In this document: piece by piece, positions 34,557 through 46,770 of the stretch
Layout: the number at the start of each line of letters is the position of its first letter
Numbering within the stretch: the first letter of the stretch is position 1
Assembly: GCA_038087875.1 (NCBI GenBank)
Contig: CM075989.1
Coordinates: forward strand, 20,462,001-20,526,000
DNA from: Malacoraja senta
Taxonomy: Eukaryota
Reading direction: 5' to 3'
Length of the DNA stretch: 64,000 bases
Notes under the pieces: generated by a model
Databases searched by the model: none
What the model saw: only the letters and a program-made list of their open reading frames with translations
What the model was told of the DNA's origin: nothing
Position numbers and translations under genes: made by a program

Positions 34557-37114
34557 ACATAGAAACATAGAAACATAGAAAGTAGGTGCGAGAGCAGACC
34601 ACCAGGCCCATCGAGCCCGCACCGCCATTCGCTCATGGCTGAACACTAAACAGACACCCTTACCCACAAACAGTAGACACAAGACACAGAACACAAGACA
34701 CTACCCTCCCCTTTATACCGCTATCACCCCTCTCCACCCCAAGAACCGCGTGATCTCCTGGGGGAGGCAAAAAACCGGATAAAAACCCAGGTCCAATTCG
34801 GGAAAAAAATCCGGGAAATTCCTCTCCGACCCCAATCCAGGCGATCGACACTTGTCCAGGAGATCACTCAGGTCTTACTATACTAACCATACCTAGGTCC
34901 ATATCCCTGCCCTCTCCCCGTAGCCCCTTATCCCCTTGGCAGCTAAAAAACCATCTATTTTAGACTTAAATATATTTAATGTTTCTGCTTCCACTGCTCC
35001 CTGGGGCAGTGAATTCCATAAATTAACCACCCTCTGGGTGAAGAAGTTCTTCCTCAGCTCAGTTTTAAAAGAGCCCCCCCTTATTCTACAACTATGTCCC
35101 CTAGTTCTAGTTTCCCCGATCATTGGGAACATCCTCGGTGCATCCACCCGATCAAGGCCCCTCACGATCTTATATGTTTCAATGAGATCGCCTCTCATTC
35201 TTCTAAACTCCAAAGAGTAGAGTTCCAGCCTACTTAACCTTTCCTCATATGTCAATCCCCTCATTGCAGGAATTAATCTTGTAAACCTTCGCTGCACTGC
35301 CTCCAGGGCCAGTACATCCTTTCTTAAGTATGGACCCCAGAACTGTACACAGTATTCCAAATGTGGTCTCACTAATACTGTGTACAGCTGCAGCAAGACC
35401 TCCGTGTTTTTATACTCAATCCCCCTAGCAATAAAGGCCAAAACTCCATTGGCCTTCCTGATTGCTTGCTGCACCTGCATACTAACTTTTAGTGATTCAT
35501 GTACTACTACCCCTAGATCCCTTTGCGTTGCATTACAACGCAGCTCCACCTCATTTAGAAAATAACTTGCCCTATCATTTTTTTTCCCAAAGTGAATGAC
35601 TTCACATTTATTAGTATTAAATTTCATCTGCCAAGTTGTTGCCCACTCACCTAGCTTATCTATATCCTTTTGCAGACTCTTCCTATCCTCCTCATCCCCT
35701 ACTTTTCCTCCCATTTTTGTATCGTCCGCAAATTTTGATATATTACACTTGGTTCCCTCCTCCAAATCATTTATATAAATTGTGAACAACTGGGGTCCCA
35801 GCACCGACCCTTGCGGAACCCCGCTAGTTACCGGTTGCCATCCCGAGTATGAACCATTTATCCCCACTCTCTGCTTCCTATTTGTTAGCCAATCCTCTAC
35901 CCATGCTAATATATTACCCCCAATCCCATAATTTTTTATTTTTAGCAATAGTCTCTTATGTGGCACCTTGTCAAAAGCCTTTTGGAAGTCCAAGTATACC
36001 ACATCCACCGGTTCCCCTTTATCCACCCGGGTTGTTACTTCCTCAAAGAATTCGAGCAGATTCGTTAAACAGGACTTCCCCTTCACAAAACCATGCTGGT
36101 TCTGTCCGATGAAGTCATGTTTATCCAAGTGCCCCGTTAGTGTTTCTTTAATAATTGTCTCTAACATTTTACCCACCACCGATGTTAGACTAACCGGTCT
36201 ATAGTTACCCGCCTTCTGTTTACTTCCTTTTTTAAATATAGGTGTTACATTGGCCATTTTCCAATCCACTGGGACCGTTCCTGCCTCCAGGGAGTTTTGG
36301 AAAATTATCACCAATGCATCCACAATCCCCACCGCTATCTCCCTCAAGACCCTTGGATGTAATCCATCAGGCCCAGGGGATTTATCCTCCTTCAGTCTCA
36401 TTAATTTCCCTAATACCACCTCCTTGGTGATCTTAATAGTATTTAGCTCCTCCATTCCTACCGCCCCCTGTTTATCCAGCGTTGGAATATTTTTTGTGTC
36501 TTCTATGGTGAAGACTGATACAAAATACTCGTTTAATGCCTTTGCCATTTCCATGTTCCCCACCAACAACTCTCCAGTCTCACCCTCCAATGGACCAACG
36601 TTCACCTTAGCCACCCTTTTTCTTTTTATATAGCTATAAAAACTCTTACTATTAGTTTTTATGTTGTTCGCTAAATTCCTTTCATAGTCTATTTTCCCCG
36701 TCTTAATTAATCTCTTAGTTATTTTTTGCTGACCTTTAAATGCTTCCCAATCCTCTACCCTCCCACTATCTCTGGCTACCTTATATGCCCTTGCCTTCAG
36801 CCGAATACTATCCTTTATAGTTTTACTGAGCCATGGCTGACTGTTCTTTCCTTACCCCTTTTTTTCTTCATAGGAATAAATTTTTCTTGAAGGTTATACA
36901 GTAGATCCTTAAACGTACACCACTGCTCATGTACCGTCTTATTCTTGAGTCTGCTATCCCAGTCAACTTTGATCAGCTCAGTCCTCATACCTTCATAATC
37001 CCCCTTATTTAAACTAAGTACCCTAGCCTGAGTTTCAACCTGCTCCCCTTCTATTTGAATATGGAATTCGACCATATTGTGGTCACTTGTTCCCAACGAG
37101 TCCCTAACTATGAC
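34557..37114 (-). mobile_element. Young 5'-truncated CR1 LINE
   Basis: ORF2 from the APE C-terminus (SDH) to the stop at 34893, long 3' UTR, (TTTCTATG)n end; inserted in a SINE tail with a possible AGTT TSD. Confidence 0.95.
34893..36614 (-). CDS. CR1 ORF2 reverse transcriptase region (573 aa; frame stays open upstream to about 36852, then one frameshift joins it to the endonuclease remnant up to about 37114)
   Basis: KSPGPDG, NYRPVSLTS, QHGF, YLDFQKAFDKVPH, GVPQGSVLGP, FADD, RPHLEYCVQFW motifs; retroelement ORF, not a host gene. Confidence 0.95.
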   Translation of the reverse strand: MAKVNVGPLEGETGELLVGNMEMAKALNEYFVSVFTIEDTKNIPTLDKQGAVGMEELNTIKITKEVVLGKLMRLKEDKSPGPDGLHPRVLREIAVGIVDALVIIFQNSLEAGTVPVDWKMANVTPIFKKGSKQKAGNYRPVSLTSVVGKMLETIIKETLTGHLDKHDFIGQNQHGFVKGKSCLTNLLEFFEEVTTRVDKGEPVDVVYLDFQKAFDKVPHKRLLLKIKNYGIGGNILAWVEDWLTNRKQRVGINGSYSGWQPVTSGVPQGSVLGPQLFTIYINDLEEGTKCNISKFADDTKMGGKVGDEEDRKSLQKDIDKLGEWATTWQMKFNTNKCEVIHFGKKNDRASYFLNEVELRCNATQRDLGVVVHESLKVSMQVQQAIRKANGVLAFIARGIEYKNTEVLLQLYTVLVRPHLEYCVQFWGPYLRKDVLALEAVQRRFTRLIPAMRGLTYEERLSRLELYSLEFRRMRGDLIETYKIVRGLDRVDAPRMFPMIGETRTRGHSCRIRGGSFKTELRKNFFTQRVVNLWNSLPQGAVEAETLNIFKSKIDGFLAAKGIRGYGERAGIWT

Positions 37115-37409
37115 AGTTTGGAGATACAGCATGGCAACAGGCCCTTTGAGCCACCAAGTCCACATCGATCACCTGTACATTGGTTCTATGTTATCCCAGT
37201 TTTGCATCCTACGCACTAGGGACAATTTACAGAAGCCAATTAACCTACAAACCTGTACAAACCTACAGGCTCTGGGATGTGAGAGGAAACCGGAGCACCT
37301 GGAGAAAACCCACACGGTGAACGGACAAACTCCCACCAGACAGCACCCGTAGCCAGGATCGAACCCGGGTCTCTGGCGCTGTGAAGCAGCAACTCTACCA
37401 GTGCCACAC
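37115..37409 (-). mobile_element. HE1/V-SINE-like SINE (tail end displaced to about 34546-34556 by the CR1)
   Basis: Consensus match. Confidence 0.85.
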
Positions 37410-37824
37410 TAATTATAATTACCAATCCAGAATGCACTTTTGTGGAATATTTCATTTCATTCTATATTAGAGGTCGCGATTTATTCAATCTGGTTTCCTT
37501 GACCCTAATTTCTTCAGCGTGAAAAGTCATATCCATACTGAAAATCAGACTGGATCACAATCCATTTTCTGGATCTTCGAATCACAGTCAAAGGTGATGT
37601 TTGTCAGACTTGAGATGGTGATTGTGAATTGTTGAATCATTGTTGACTGTGTGGTGAAAATATGTTAGGTAAGGATTTCCCAGGATGTTAATCCAGTTTT
37701 GAGGGAATTTTGATAATAGACAATAGGTGCAGGAGTAAGCCATTCAGCCCTTCAAGCCATTCAATGTGATCATGGCTGATCATTGACACAGGTTCAAATC
37801 AGGATGTGAAATTTATAAAGAGGC

Positions 37825-38045
37825 AAAACGCAGAATGCTGGAGGAACTCAGGGGGTCAGGCAGCATCTGTGGAGGCAATGGACGGATGACGTTTCGGGTC
37901 AGAACCCTTCTTCAGACTGGAGAAGGATCCCGATCCAAATTGTTGCCAGTTCATTCCATCCACAAATTCTGACTGGCCTGCTGAGTTCCTCCAGCATTTC
38001 GCGTTTTGCTGAAGATTCCAGCCTCTACAGTTCCAAGTGTCTCCA
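37825..38045. mobile_element. Palindromic Penelope-like ends (diverged)
   Basis: TGCTGGAGGAACTCAG...CTGAGTTCCTCCAGCA arms centred near 37918. Confidence 0.7.
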
Positions 38046-38209
38046 ACTTAAAAGCGACAGTGTGTACAGCGCTGATTTAGGTCGAAGCTTCAGTTTGCTG
38101 CCACCATAAATCCACCATTGAGTTTCTGTTTTAGCCAGAGTGTTCTGGTAGTGGGGGGAGGTGGATGTTTAATATTGTTGATGAGTCTGACTGCCAATAA
38201 AACACTTCA

Positions 38210-38625
38210 TCTACACTTCACACTGCCTCGGCAAGGCCAGCAGCATAGTCAAGGACGGGTCTCACCCCGATCACTCCCTCTTCTCCCCTCTCCCATCAGG
38301 CTAGAGGTACAGAAGTTTGAAAACGCACACCTCCAGATTCAGGGACAGTCTCTTCCCAGCTGTTATCAGGCAACTGAACCATCCAATCAACAACTAGAGA
38401 GCGGTCCTGAACTACTATCTAACTCATTGGGGGCCCTCAGACTATCTTTAATCAGATGTTATTGGACTTTATCTTGCATTAAACGTTATTTCCTTTATCA
38501 TGTATCTGCATTACTGGATGGCTCGATTGTAATCATGTGTAGTCTATTTTGCACATTAGTTAGCTTACAACAAAAGCATTATCACAATATCTTTTACACA
38601 TGTTAACAAACTATACTAAACTAAA
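38210..38625 (+). mobile_element. Rex1-like 3' fragment
   Basis: CTCCCATCAGG...AGGTACAG...AGATTCAGGGACAG (LPSGxRYRS...RFRDS) plus UTR. Confidence 0.75.
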
Positions 38626-38920
38626 ATGAACCATGTCCCTCAGCCTTGATATACAGAGATAATCTCCCCATTCCCCTATTTCCCTGAGAGCCCAAAACCT
38701 TACACATTCAAATATCCTTCCACTAAATTGCCGAGATCAAATTCAGCTGCATAAATTCAAAATTTGGCTAATGGTTCAAGAGTGTATAATTGTCAGAGGT
38801 ACAGGCAACGAACAATTAAATTCTAACTTGCTGCAGCTTAACACCCCTGTCAACACAATAGTTTAGTTTAGTTTTTTGTTGTCACCTGTACTGAGGTACA
38901 GTGAAAAGCATTTTTGTTGT

Positions 38921-39231
38921 GGCACGGTGGAGCAGCGGTAGAGTTGCCACCGTCCAGCCGGAGACCCGGGTTTGATCCCGACTACAGGTGCTGTCTGTAC
39001 AGAGTTTGTACGTTCTCCCTGCGACCTGCATGGGTTTCTCCGGGTATTCCGGTTTCCTCCCACACTCCAAGGACGTACAGGTTTGTAGACTAATTGGCTT
39101 CGGTAAACTTATAAATTGTCTCTAGTGTGTATAGAATAGGGTTAGTGCGTGGTGATCGCTGGTCGGCGTGGACTCGGTGAGCTGAAGGGCCTGTTTCCGC
39201 GCTGTATCTCTAAACTAATCAAAACTAAACT
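38921..39231 (+). mobile_element. HE1/V-SINE-like SINE
   Basis: Consensus match. Confidence 0.9.
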
Positions 39232-40164
39232 ATCGATTCAGCTAAAAAACTATGCATGATTACAATTAAGCTGTCCACAGTGTACATATAACAGGATAAA
39301 TGGAATAAAACACAATATAATAATCATAATACCATAAATTAATAAATCAGCGGTTTTAAAATGATGAGAGTAGTTTCAATTCCAATGGCAAAAGACTAAA
39401 TATTCAGTATCTGGAAAAAAAACTTCACAAGCGAAATATTTCTCCTACTAAATTTAGTTTCCTACCCGGTATGTCAAATGACAAACTCAAAGAAACTTGG
39501 AGAATAGTGTCTTGTGCTATATAAATAAAATCTATTAATATTATTATTATTAGAATGAAAATATTTTTTTTAACATGATTTGTGGATTTGTAAGAAACAT
39601 GACCATTGTGTTGAATAGCAACTCAATGTATTGAAGACGTTACAATTAAAGGAAAGCGCTAATATTTCAATGAGTCTTACATTGAATAGTTAATTGATTG
39701 AGGCAGTGCATCAATGTCGTATAAACTTTCCATTTTATTTTCAAAAGCGAGTGGGGAGAACAATCATTTTCCAAGCAGATTGTGAAATCTGCCGAGTCCA
39801 AACATTCTCATCCTTGAACATATTTTCCTTATCAAATTATTTCCACGGTGCTCCACTTCCTTGTTTTGTACTGCCACCTAAATATAGCACCACGAATGAT
39901 GTCATTCACATCCCTCCCTTGTGCCTCAAATAATCCACTGTGCTTAAATAATTAGATGTCAGAGCTTTTCGGTTTCCGTGCACGTTCCAATACTTTTAAC
40001 CTGCGTTGCCATTTAAGTCAAAAATACTTTCTGGTAAACAAATAACATCAGCCGTCACTGTCTAAAGATTCGAGGTACAAGCTCTCGTTCTGTGTAATTA
40101 GTGGAAGTTTTTGACATAATTGTATCTTTGCGCTGCACTCGCTTGTCAGTGAAGAGAAGAAAGA

Positions 40165-40352
40165 AGGTAGACAAAAATGCTGGAGAAACTCAGCGGGTGA
40201 GGCAGCATCTATGGAGCGAAGGAAATAGGCAACGTTTCGGCCACGAAACGTTGCCTATTTCCTTCGCTCCATAGTTGCTGCCTCACCCGCTGAGTTTCTC
40301 CAGCATTTTTGTCTACCTTCGGTTTTCCAGCATCTGCAGTTCCTTCTTAAAC
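40165..40352. mobile_element. Palindromic Penelope-like insertion
   Basis: Palindrome 40163-40320 centred near 40241; flanking AAGAGAAGAAAGA/AAGAGAATAAAGA (40152-40164, 40353-40365). Confidence 0.85.
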
Positions 40353-40421
40353 AAGAGAATAAAGATGCTGATTCTGGTACAATGTTGTGGAGTCCCGACT
40401 TACAGCAGCATTTCACAAGGG

Positions 40422-40885
40422 GGGAATGAAGGGGGACCTCGTTGGAACTTGCAGAATAATGAAAGGCATAGATAGAGTGGATGTGGAGAGGATGTTTCCA
40501 CTGGTGGGAGAGTCAAGGACCAGAGGTCATAGCATCAGAATTAAAGGGCGCTCTTTTAGAAAGGAGGTGAGGAAGAACTTCTTTAGTCAGAGGGTAGTTC
40601 ATCTGTGGAACTCATTGCCACAGAGGGCTGTGGAGGCCAAATCGGTGGATATTTTTAAGGCAGAAATAGACAAAGTCTTGATTCGAATGGGTGTCAAGGG
40701 TTATGGGGAGAAGACAAGAAAATGGGATTAGGAGGTAGAGATCAGCCATGATTGAATGGCAGAGTAGACTCCACTCCATCCACTCCATCTACGCCTTTCA
40801 TTATTCTGTAAGTTTCAATGAGGTCCCCCCTCAACCTTCTAACCTCCAGCGAGTGGAGGCCCAGTGCTGTCAAGCGTGCATCATA
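40422..40885. mobile_element. CR1 3' fragment (+) abutting an inverted CR1 fragment (-)
   Basis: ORFs 40387..40731(+) and 40742..40966(-) both give GDL..TYRIMKG.D. Confidence 0.8.
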
Positions 40886-41330
40886 TGCTAGCTTTGTGGG
40901 TAGTTTTACACCCAGGAGCAGCAGTGGCCTGGGGTTTCCGCGTGATGGACTCAAGGACACTGGCAAAGCCCCATCTTGCTGCTGCTCCCTTAGAAGGAGA
41001 TAAGTTCAGCTGCCCTGTGGTGGACAGAAACCAGTGTGATAGATAGGTCCTCTGCGGACTGGGATGTGTGACAGCTATCGGCAGCTGCAGCCTGGGCAGA
41101 TACCATGGGGTGAAACCCAACACCATTGTGACCTCTACTTCCATCACAGAGAGGGACTGGTCTTGCTGTGTGGCTGGCTGCAGCTGTGCCCATTGCATTT
41201 GGCACATTTCTCTGACGACCTGCTTGGTGAAACATGACCTCCCTAACGACTGCCTCTCAATTAGATAGAGCGATTACCTTTCATCTGTGGATTGGGCCCT
41301 CTGTTCAGGCGTCTTCTCTTCCCCCTCCCC

Positions 41331-41652
41331 TAGTTTAGGTATACAGCGTGGAAACAGGCCCTTCGGCCCACCGAGTCCGTGCCGACCAGCGATCCCCGCA
41401 CATTAACACTCTCCCACACCCACACTAGGGACAATTTACATTTATACCAAGCCAATTAGCCTACAAACCTGTACGTCTTTGGAGTGTGGGAGGAAACCGA
41501 AGATCTCGGAGAAAACCCACGCAGGTCACGGGGAGAACATACAAACTCTGTATAGACAGCACCCGTAGTCAGGATCGAACCCGGGTCTCCGGTGCTGCAA
41601 GCGCTGTAAGGCAGCAACTCTGCCGCTGCGCCACCGTGACCGCATTGCTGCC
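41331..41652 (-). mobile_element. HE1/V-SINE-like SINE
   Basis: Consensus match. Confidence 0.9.
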
Positions 41653-41742
41653 AGGGTGAGTTCTCTGTCCGAGGTTCCCTGTAACTGGCCATTCCTAGTG
41701 GTACCGCACCAGGAACACCTCCTTTCCCTCTGTTATCAGACA

Positions 41743-42029
41743 GGACGGCACAGTGGCGTAGCGGAAGAGTTGCTGCCTTACAGCGCCAGAGACCCGGGTT
41801 CGATCCCGACGACAGGTATTTGTCTACGGAGTTTGTGCGTTCTCCCCGTGACCTGCGTGGGTTTTCTCTGAGATCTTCGGTTTCCTCCCACACTCTAAAG
41901 GCGTGCAGTTTTGTAGGTTAATTGGCTTGGTGTATAAGTAAAATTGTCCCTAGTGTGTGTAGGGTAATGTTAATGTGTGGGGATCGCTGGCTGGCGTGGA
42001 CTCGGTGGGCCGAAGGGCCTGTTTCCACG
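41743..42029 (+). mobile_element. HE1/V-SINE-like SINE
   Basis: Consensus match. Confidence 0.9.
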
Positions 42030-42427
42030 TTCTTGCAGCAGAATTAGACCATTCAGCCCATCATATCTACTCTGCCATTCAATCGTGGCTGATCTATCTC
42101 TCCCTCTCAACCGCATTCTCCTGCCTTCTTCCCGTAACCGCTGACACCCAGACATGGAACAGTACAGGAAAAGGCCCTTTGACCCACAATGTTTGTGCCG
42201 AACACGATGGCAAGATAAACTAATCTGCAGATGCCAGATATTTCTGAGTATGTTTCCCAGGGACCTGCAAATGGCGCACAGGTGGCAGAGTCTGCCATGT
42301 TAGTATATGCAATATTGGTCATGAACAAGAGGTAATATATTAAAGGTGTTGTTCTTGTAAGGATTGAATCATGCTGCTAACTGCTGTGGCCATAATGGTG
42401 GCAAGAAAAATCAGTGACAAAATATCA

Positions 42428-42615
42428 GGGCAACGCAACGGTAGAGTTGCTGCCCTACACCGCCAGAGACCCGGGTTCAATCCTGACTACGGGTGCAGTC
42501 TGTACGGAGTTTGTACATTCTACCTGTGACCGCGTGGGATTTCTCCGGGTGCTTTGGTTTCCTCCCAAACTCCAAAGACGTGCAGGTTTGTTGGTTTAAT
42601 TGGCTTTGGTAAAAC
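42428..42615 (+). mobile_element. HE1-like SINE (3'-truncated)
   Basis: Head and V-domain match. Confidence 0.8.
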
Positions 42616-42616
42616 T

Positions 42617-42855
42617 CGTACTAATCAAGAATCTATCTACCTCTGCCTTAAAAATATCCATTGACTTGGCCTCCACAGCCGTCTGTGGCAAAGAATTCCA
42701 CAGATTCACCACCCTCTGACTAACGAAATTCCTCCTCATCTCCTCCCCAAAAGAACGTCCTTTAATTTTGAGGTTGTGACCTGTAGTCCTAGGCCCTCCC
42801 ACTAGTGGAAACATCCTCTCCACATCCACTCTATCCAAGCCTTTCACTATTCTAT
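42617..42855 (-). mobile_element. CR1 fragment
   Basis: KGLDRVDVERMFPLVG...QRVVNLWNSLPQ. Confidence 0.85.
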
Positions 42856-43595
42856 AGGGTCCTTCAGAGGTGACGGCTGCTTGAATGTGACACCAGAGCG
42901 CATTCTATTCTTTGTGACCTGCTGTGGCTAAACTATATTTGTGAAATGGAAACATAGTTGTCAAAGGGTTAATTGCAAACACTCCTTCTGCCTCACTGAA
43001 CGAGGAATCAGCTGGTTTTGTTTGTCACTTCATATTCCGGAGATTTCAGGAGAATTCCCAATTGCATTTCTCCTGTAAGAACTTCCACTTGTGGGAGCAC
43101 AGTAAATAGAGATCTCTAACCAAGTGATGCAGTTATATATTGTTGGCTGAATTCCAGACACATCTCAGTGGAATTCTGTGACCAGTGGAGTGTGTCGTTT
43201 TATCAAATGTACAGCTATGTACAGAAATTCCACTAAGTGGTTTGCTTAAATCTCTGCCAGCGCAGAATAATGTTCAGTAGCAGAATCAGACAGATTATGT
43301 TTATCAGATATGTTTATGTTTTGAAGTCCATTAAGATCAAATACATTTTCAGATGGCTAATAAAATATCCACTCTATTTATTTTTCGGGTTCCATGTTTT
43401 AAAAGGAAAATGGGTGATGGCGAGGACTGGCGTTGGTGGCAGATACCATAGTGGCATTGAAGATATTTTCGGATAAACTCATGGATATGTACGGAATGGA
43501 GGTACACGAATTATGTGCAGGCAGATAAGGGTTGGTCTTGGCATCATGCGTGGAGCAGGTATTGTGGGTCGAAGAGCCTGTTCCTGTGCTGTACT

Positions 43596-44457
43596 GTGTA
43601 GGAAGGAACTGCAGATGCTTGTTTACACTGAAGATAGACACAAACAGCTGGAGTAACTCAGCGGGTCAGGCAGCATCTCTGGAGAAAAGGAATAGGTGAC
43701 GTTTCAGGCCGAGACCCTTCTTCAGACTCTTCAGGGGAGAGGGAAACAAATATGCAAAGGTGCATAGAACAAATGAACGACAGACATGCAAAAGGACAAA
43801 TCAAAGCCAGCATGGATGATCAAGGAAAGGTGGAGCCCACAATGGTCTATTGTTGACTGTGGGGAAGGTGATAATGAGTGATACAAACGGTGAAACTCAG
43901 CAGGACGACAGTGAAACTAGTCAGATGACTAGGGTGGGGGTGGGACGGAGAGAGAGGGGATGCCAAGTCGACTTTATTTGTCACATACACATACAAGATG
44001 TACAGTGAAATGAAAGTGGCAATGCTTGCGGGATTGTGCAAAACAACAGAAGAGAACAGAACCAGTATTTACATTAAAAAAAAGAAGACACAACAGTATT
44101 TACGCCCTGGTGAGATCAGAGTTTACATTCCAGACGGCCTGTGGGAAGAAACTCCGTCTCATCCTCTCTGTTTTCACAGCGTGACAGCTGGAACAGTCCG
44201 TTGCTGGGGTGGTAGGGTCCCCCATAATGTTGCTGGCTCTGGATCTGCACCTCCTGGAGTATAGGTCCTGCAGGGGGGGGGGGAGTGTAGTTCCCATGGT
44301 GCGTTCGGCCGAACGCACTACTCTCTGCAGAGCCTTCCTGTCCTGGGCAGAGCTGTTGCCAAACCAGAGAGAGATGTTTCCAGTTAGATGCAAAGGTTAC
44401 TTGAAGTTAGAGAAATCAATATTCATATCAATGGGTTGTAAGCTGCCCAAGCAAAAT
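43596..44457 (-). mobile_element. Penelope-like 3' fragment split by a Rex1 insertion
   Basis: Hammerhead-like motif near 43697-43727; GIY-YIG tail LGSLQPIDMNIDFSNFK at about 44398-44450; GATGC repeated at 43959-43963 and 44387-44391. Confidence 0.7.
43964..44386 (-). mobile_element. Rex1-like 3' fragment
   Basis: WFGNSSAQDRKALQRVVRSAERTMGTTLP...TERMRRSFFPQA. Confidence 0.85.
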
Positions 44458-45683
44458 AGATAATAGGTGCAGGAGTCGGCCATTCGGCCCTACGAGCCAG
44501 CACCGCCATTCACTGTGATCATGAAATATGAGGTTGTATGTTGTATATTGTGTGATAGACATTTATCCATCTAATCTTGTTCCATATCATTGCAACTTCA
44601 TGCTCTGAAGCTTGTTTCCCAACCAACATCCCGTCTCCTCAACCTTGCAGAGCTTATTTAGTAAGTTTCAGGTCTTTTTCACCTTTAATAGTTTTTTTCC
44701 TATATAATTGAAAGATGGTGATTCTTCCTAGCCACTGATTGGATTAATAGAATTATGCAACAGGGAAACATATTTATAATATAGTGCGCAGTTGGGTCAT
44801 AAGGCCATAAGTGATAGGAGCAGAAGTAGGCCATTCGGCCCATCGTCTGCGCCATTCAATCATGGCTGATCTATGTCTCCCTCCAAACCCCATTCTCCTG
44901 CCTTCTCCCCATAAACCCCGACACCTGTACTAAACAATGAGTTCTGGTTGCCCCATTACAGGAGAGATATGGACGCTTTGAAGAGGGTGCAGGTTTACCA
45001 GAATGCTGCCTGGATTTGGGTGTTTAACCTATGCGAGTGGTTGGACAGGAGGTTAGGGGGATATCTTCATATCCCTCCGGGCATCTTCTATTTCCAGCGA
45101 CAATCATATTCTTAGCACTCTGCATGACATGGAAACGCCTGAACTTTGGTGATGTTAGACTTTGTTCACCAGGCACTGAACTGCAAATATTAATTTCTCC
45201 AAAGTCCCTGAGAGCCAGCACATGGATGACTTTCATCTGGTCGGGAGTTAATCCCAGGTCCCTGAAGCAAAATACCAGCATCCGTCTCACTGCAAGGTTT
45301 AATTCACCCAGCACTTAGACAACCATTGTTTACGAAGAGATTAAATTATCCAGTTGTGGTGGCTTTGCTTTGAGTTGCACAACGTCGAGACACTGCATTT
45401 ATAAATAGCAAAGTAACTGTCCAAAAGTATGCGGCAAATAGAAAACATTTCAAAGCCTTTAATGTGGAAAATCCAACAACATCGACAATGTCTGGGACAA
45501 AATGCAGCTTTTTTTAAATCACTATAAATAAATTTAATTTGTAATAAAAAATATATATTAAACGCAAAACGCTGCAAAACACTTAATACATTCTCTAAAT
45601 GTCTACATTTAATATTTATTTTTACATGTCTGTACATTCAATAATGTCCATACGTTCCATATTGCTTCTCCTCACGGCAGTTT

Positions 45684-45977
45684 GTTAGTTTTAGAGATAC
45701 AGTGTAGAAACAGGCCCTTCGGCCCACCTGGTCCGCGCCAACCAGTGATCACCCCGCGCACTAGTTCCATTGTACACTTTAGAGACAATTTACAGAAGCC
45801 AATGAATCTACAAACCCGCTCGTCTTTGGAATGTGGGAGGGAACCTGGGCAACCGGAGAAAACCCACGCAGTCACAGGGAGAACTTACAAACTCCGTACA
45901 GACAGCACCCGTAGTCAGGATCGAACCCGGGTCTCTGGCGTTGTAGGGCAGCAACTCTACCGCTGCGCCACCGTGCC
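45684..45977 (-). mobile_element. HE1/V-SINE-like SINE
   Basis: Consensus match. Confidence 0.9.
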
Positions 45978-46448
45978 AACCCGAAGAAGCGAGAAAATTA
46001 ATTCTTGTTCTTTGTCGTAAGTTGGAATTTCCAAGACAGGAAGTCGAGTTTCAAAGTTACTGAAGAATTTTGCTTTGTCACTTTAAAGTAAAATCCGAAA
46101 GGAAAAGAAAATGCTTGTATTCAACCTCCTTTATAGTTAGTTAACAATGGTCGCCACACTACAAATACGGGCAATCTGAAATTAAGATTAATGCTAGAAA
46201 TATCAGCGACTGAGGATTGATTTGACTATGGCTGCAAATGGCTGCCATCTCCTGCCCATGACTGCTGGGGAGACACAGATATGGATGATGGGGACTAAAT
46301 CATATCAGCTTTATTATTATTTGAACACGTTTGTTCACACAACATGCTCATTTTCAGGAATAAAGAAATTACATTATTTTATCACTTTTTCTGAGAAGCA
46401 TAAAAATATGTTAAAGAAAGTTGCAAATTAAAATTATTAACCAGATAA

Positions 46449-46770
46449 GGGCGGCATGTCGGTGCAATGGTAGAGGTGCTGCCTTACAGCTCTTGCAGCA
46501 CCGGAGACCCGGGTTCGATCCCGACTACGGGTCCTGTTTGTATGGAATTTGTACTCCCCATGACCGCGTGGATTTTCTCTGAGATCTTGTGTTTCGTCCC
46601 ACACTCTAAAGACGTGCAGGTTTTTAGGTTAATTGGCTAGGTGTATATGTAAATTGTCCCTAGTGTGTGTAGGAGAGTGTTAATGTGCAGGGGATCGCTG
46701 GTCAGTGCAGACTCGGTGGGCCAAAGGGCCTGTTTCCACGCTGTATCTCTAAACTAAACTCAAACTAAAA
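46449..46770 (+). mobile_element. HE1/V-SINE-like SINE
   Basis: Consensus match. Confidence 0.9.

Noticed and set aside
34936..36633. Plus-strand ORFs overlapping the CR1
   Set aside because: Antisense shadows of ORF2.
40881..41268. GC-rich stretch with several overlapping ORFs
   Set aside because: No recognisable protein motif or convincing splice structure; unassigned.
45024..45318. Opposed 95-96 aa ORFs; faint resemblance to an ancient SINE head on the minus strand
   Set aside because: Similarity too weak to call without a search.
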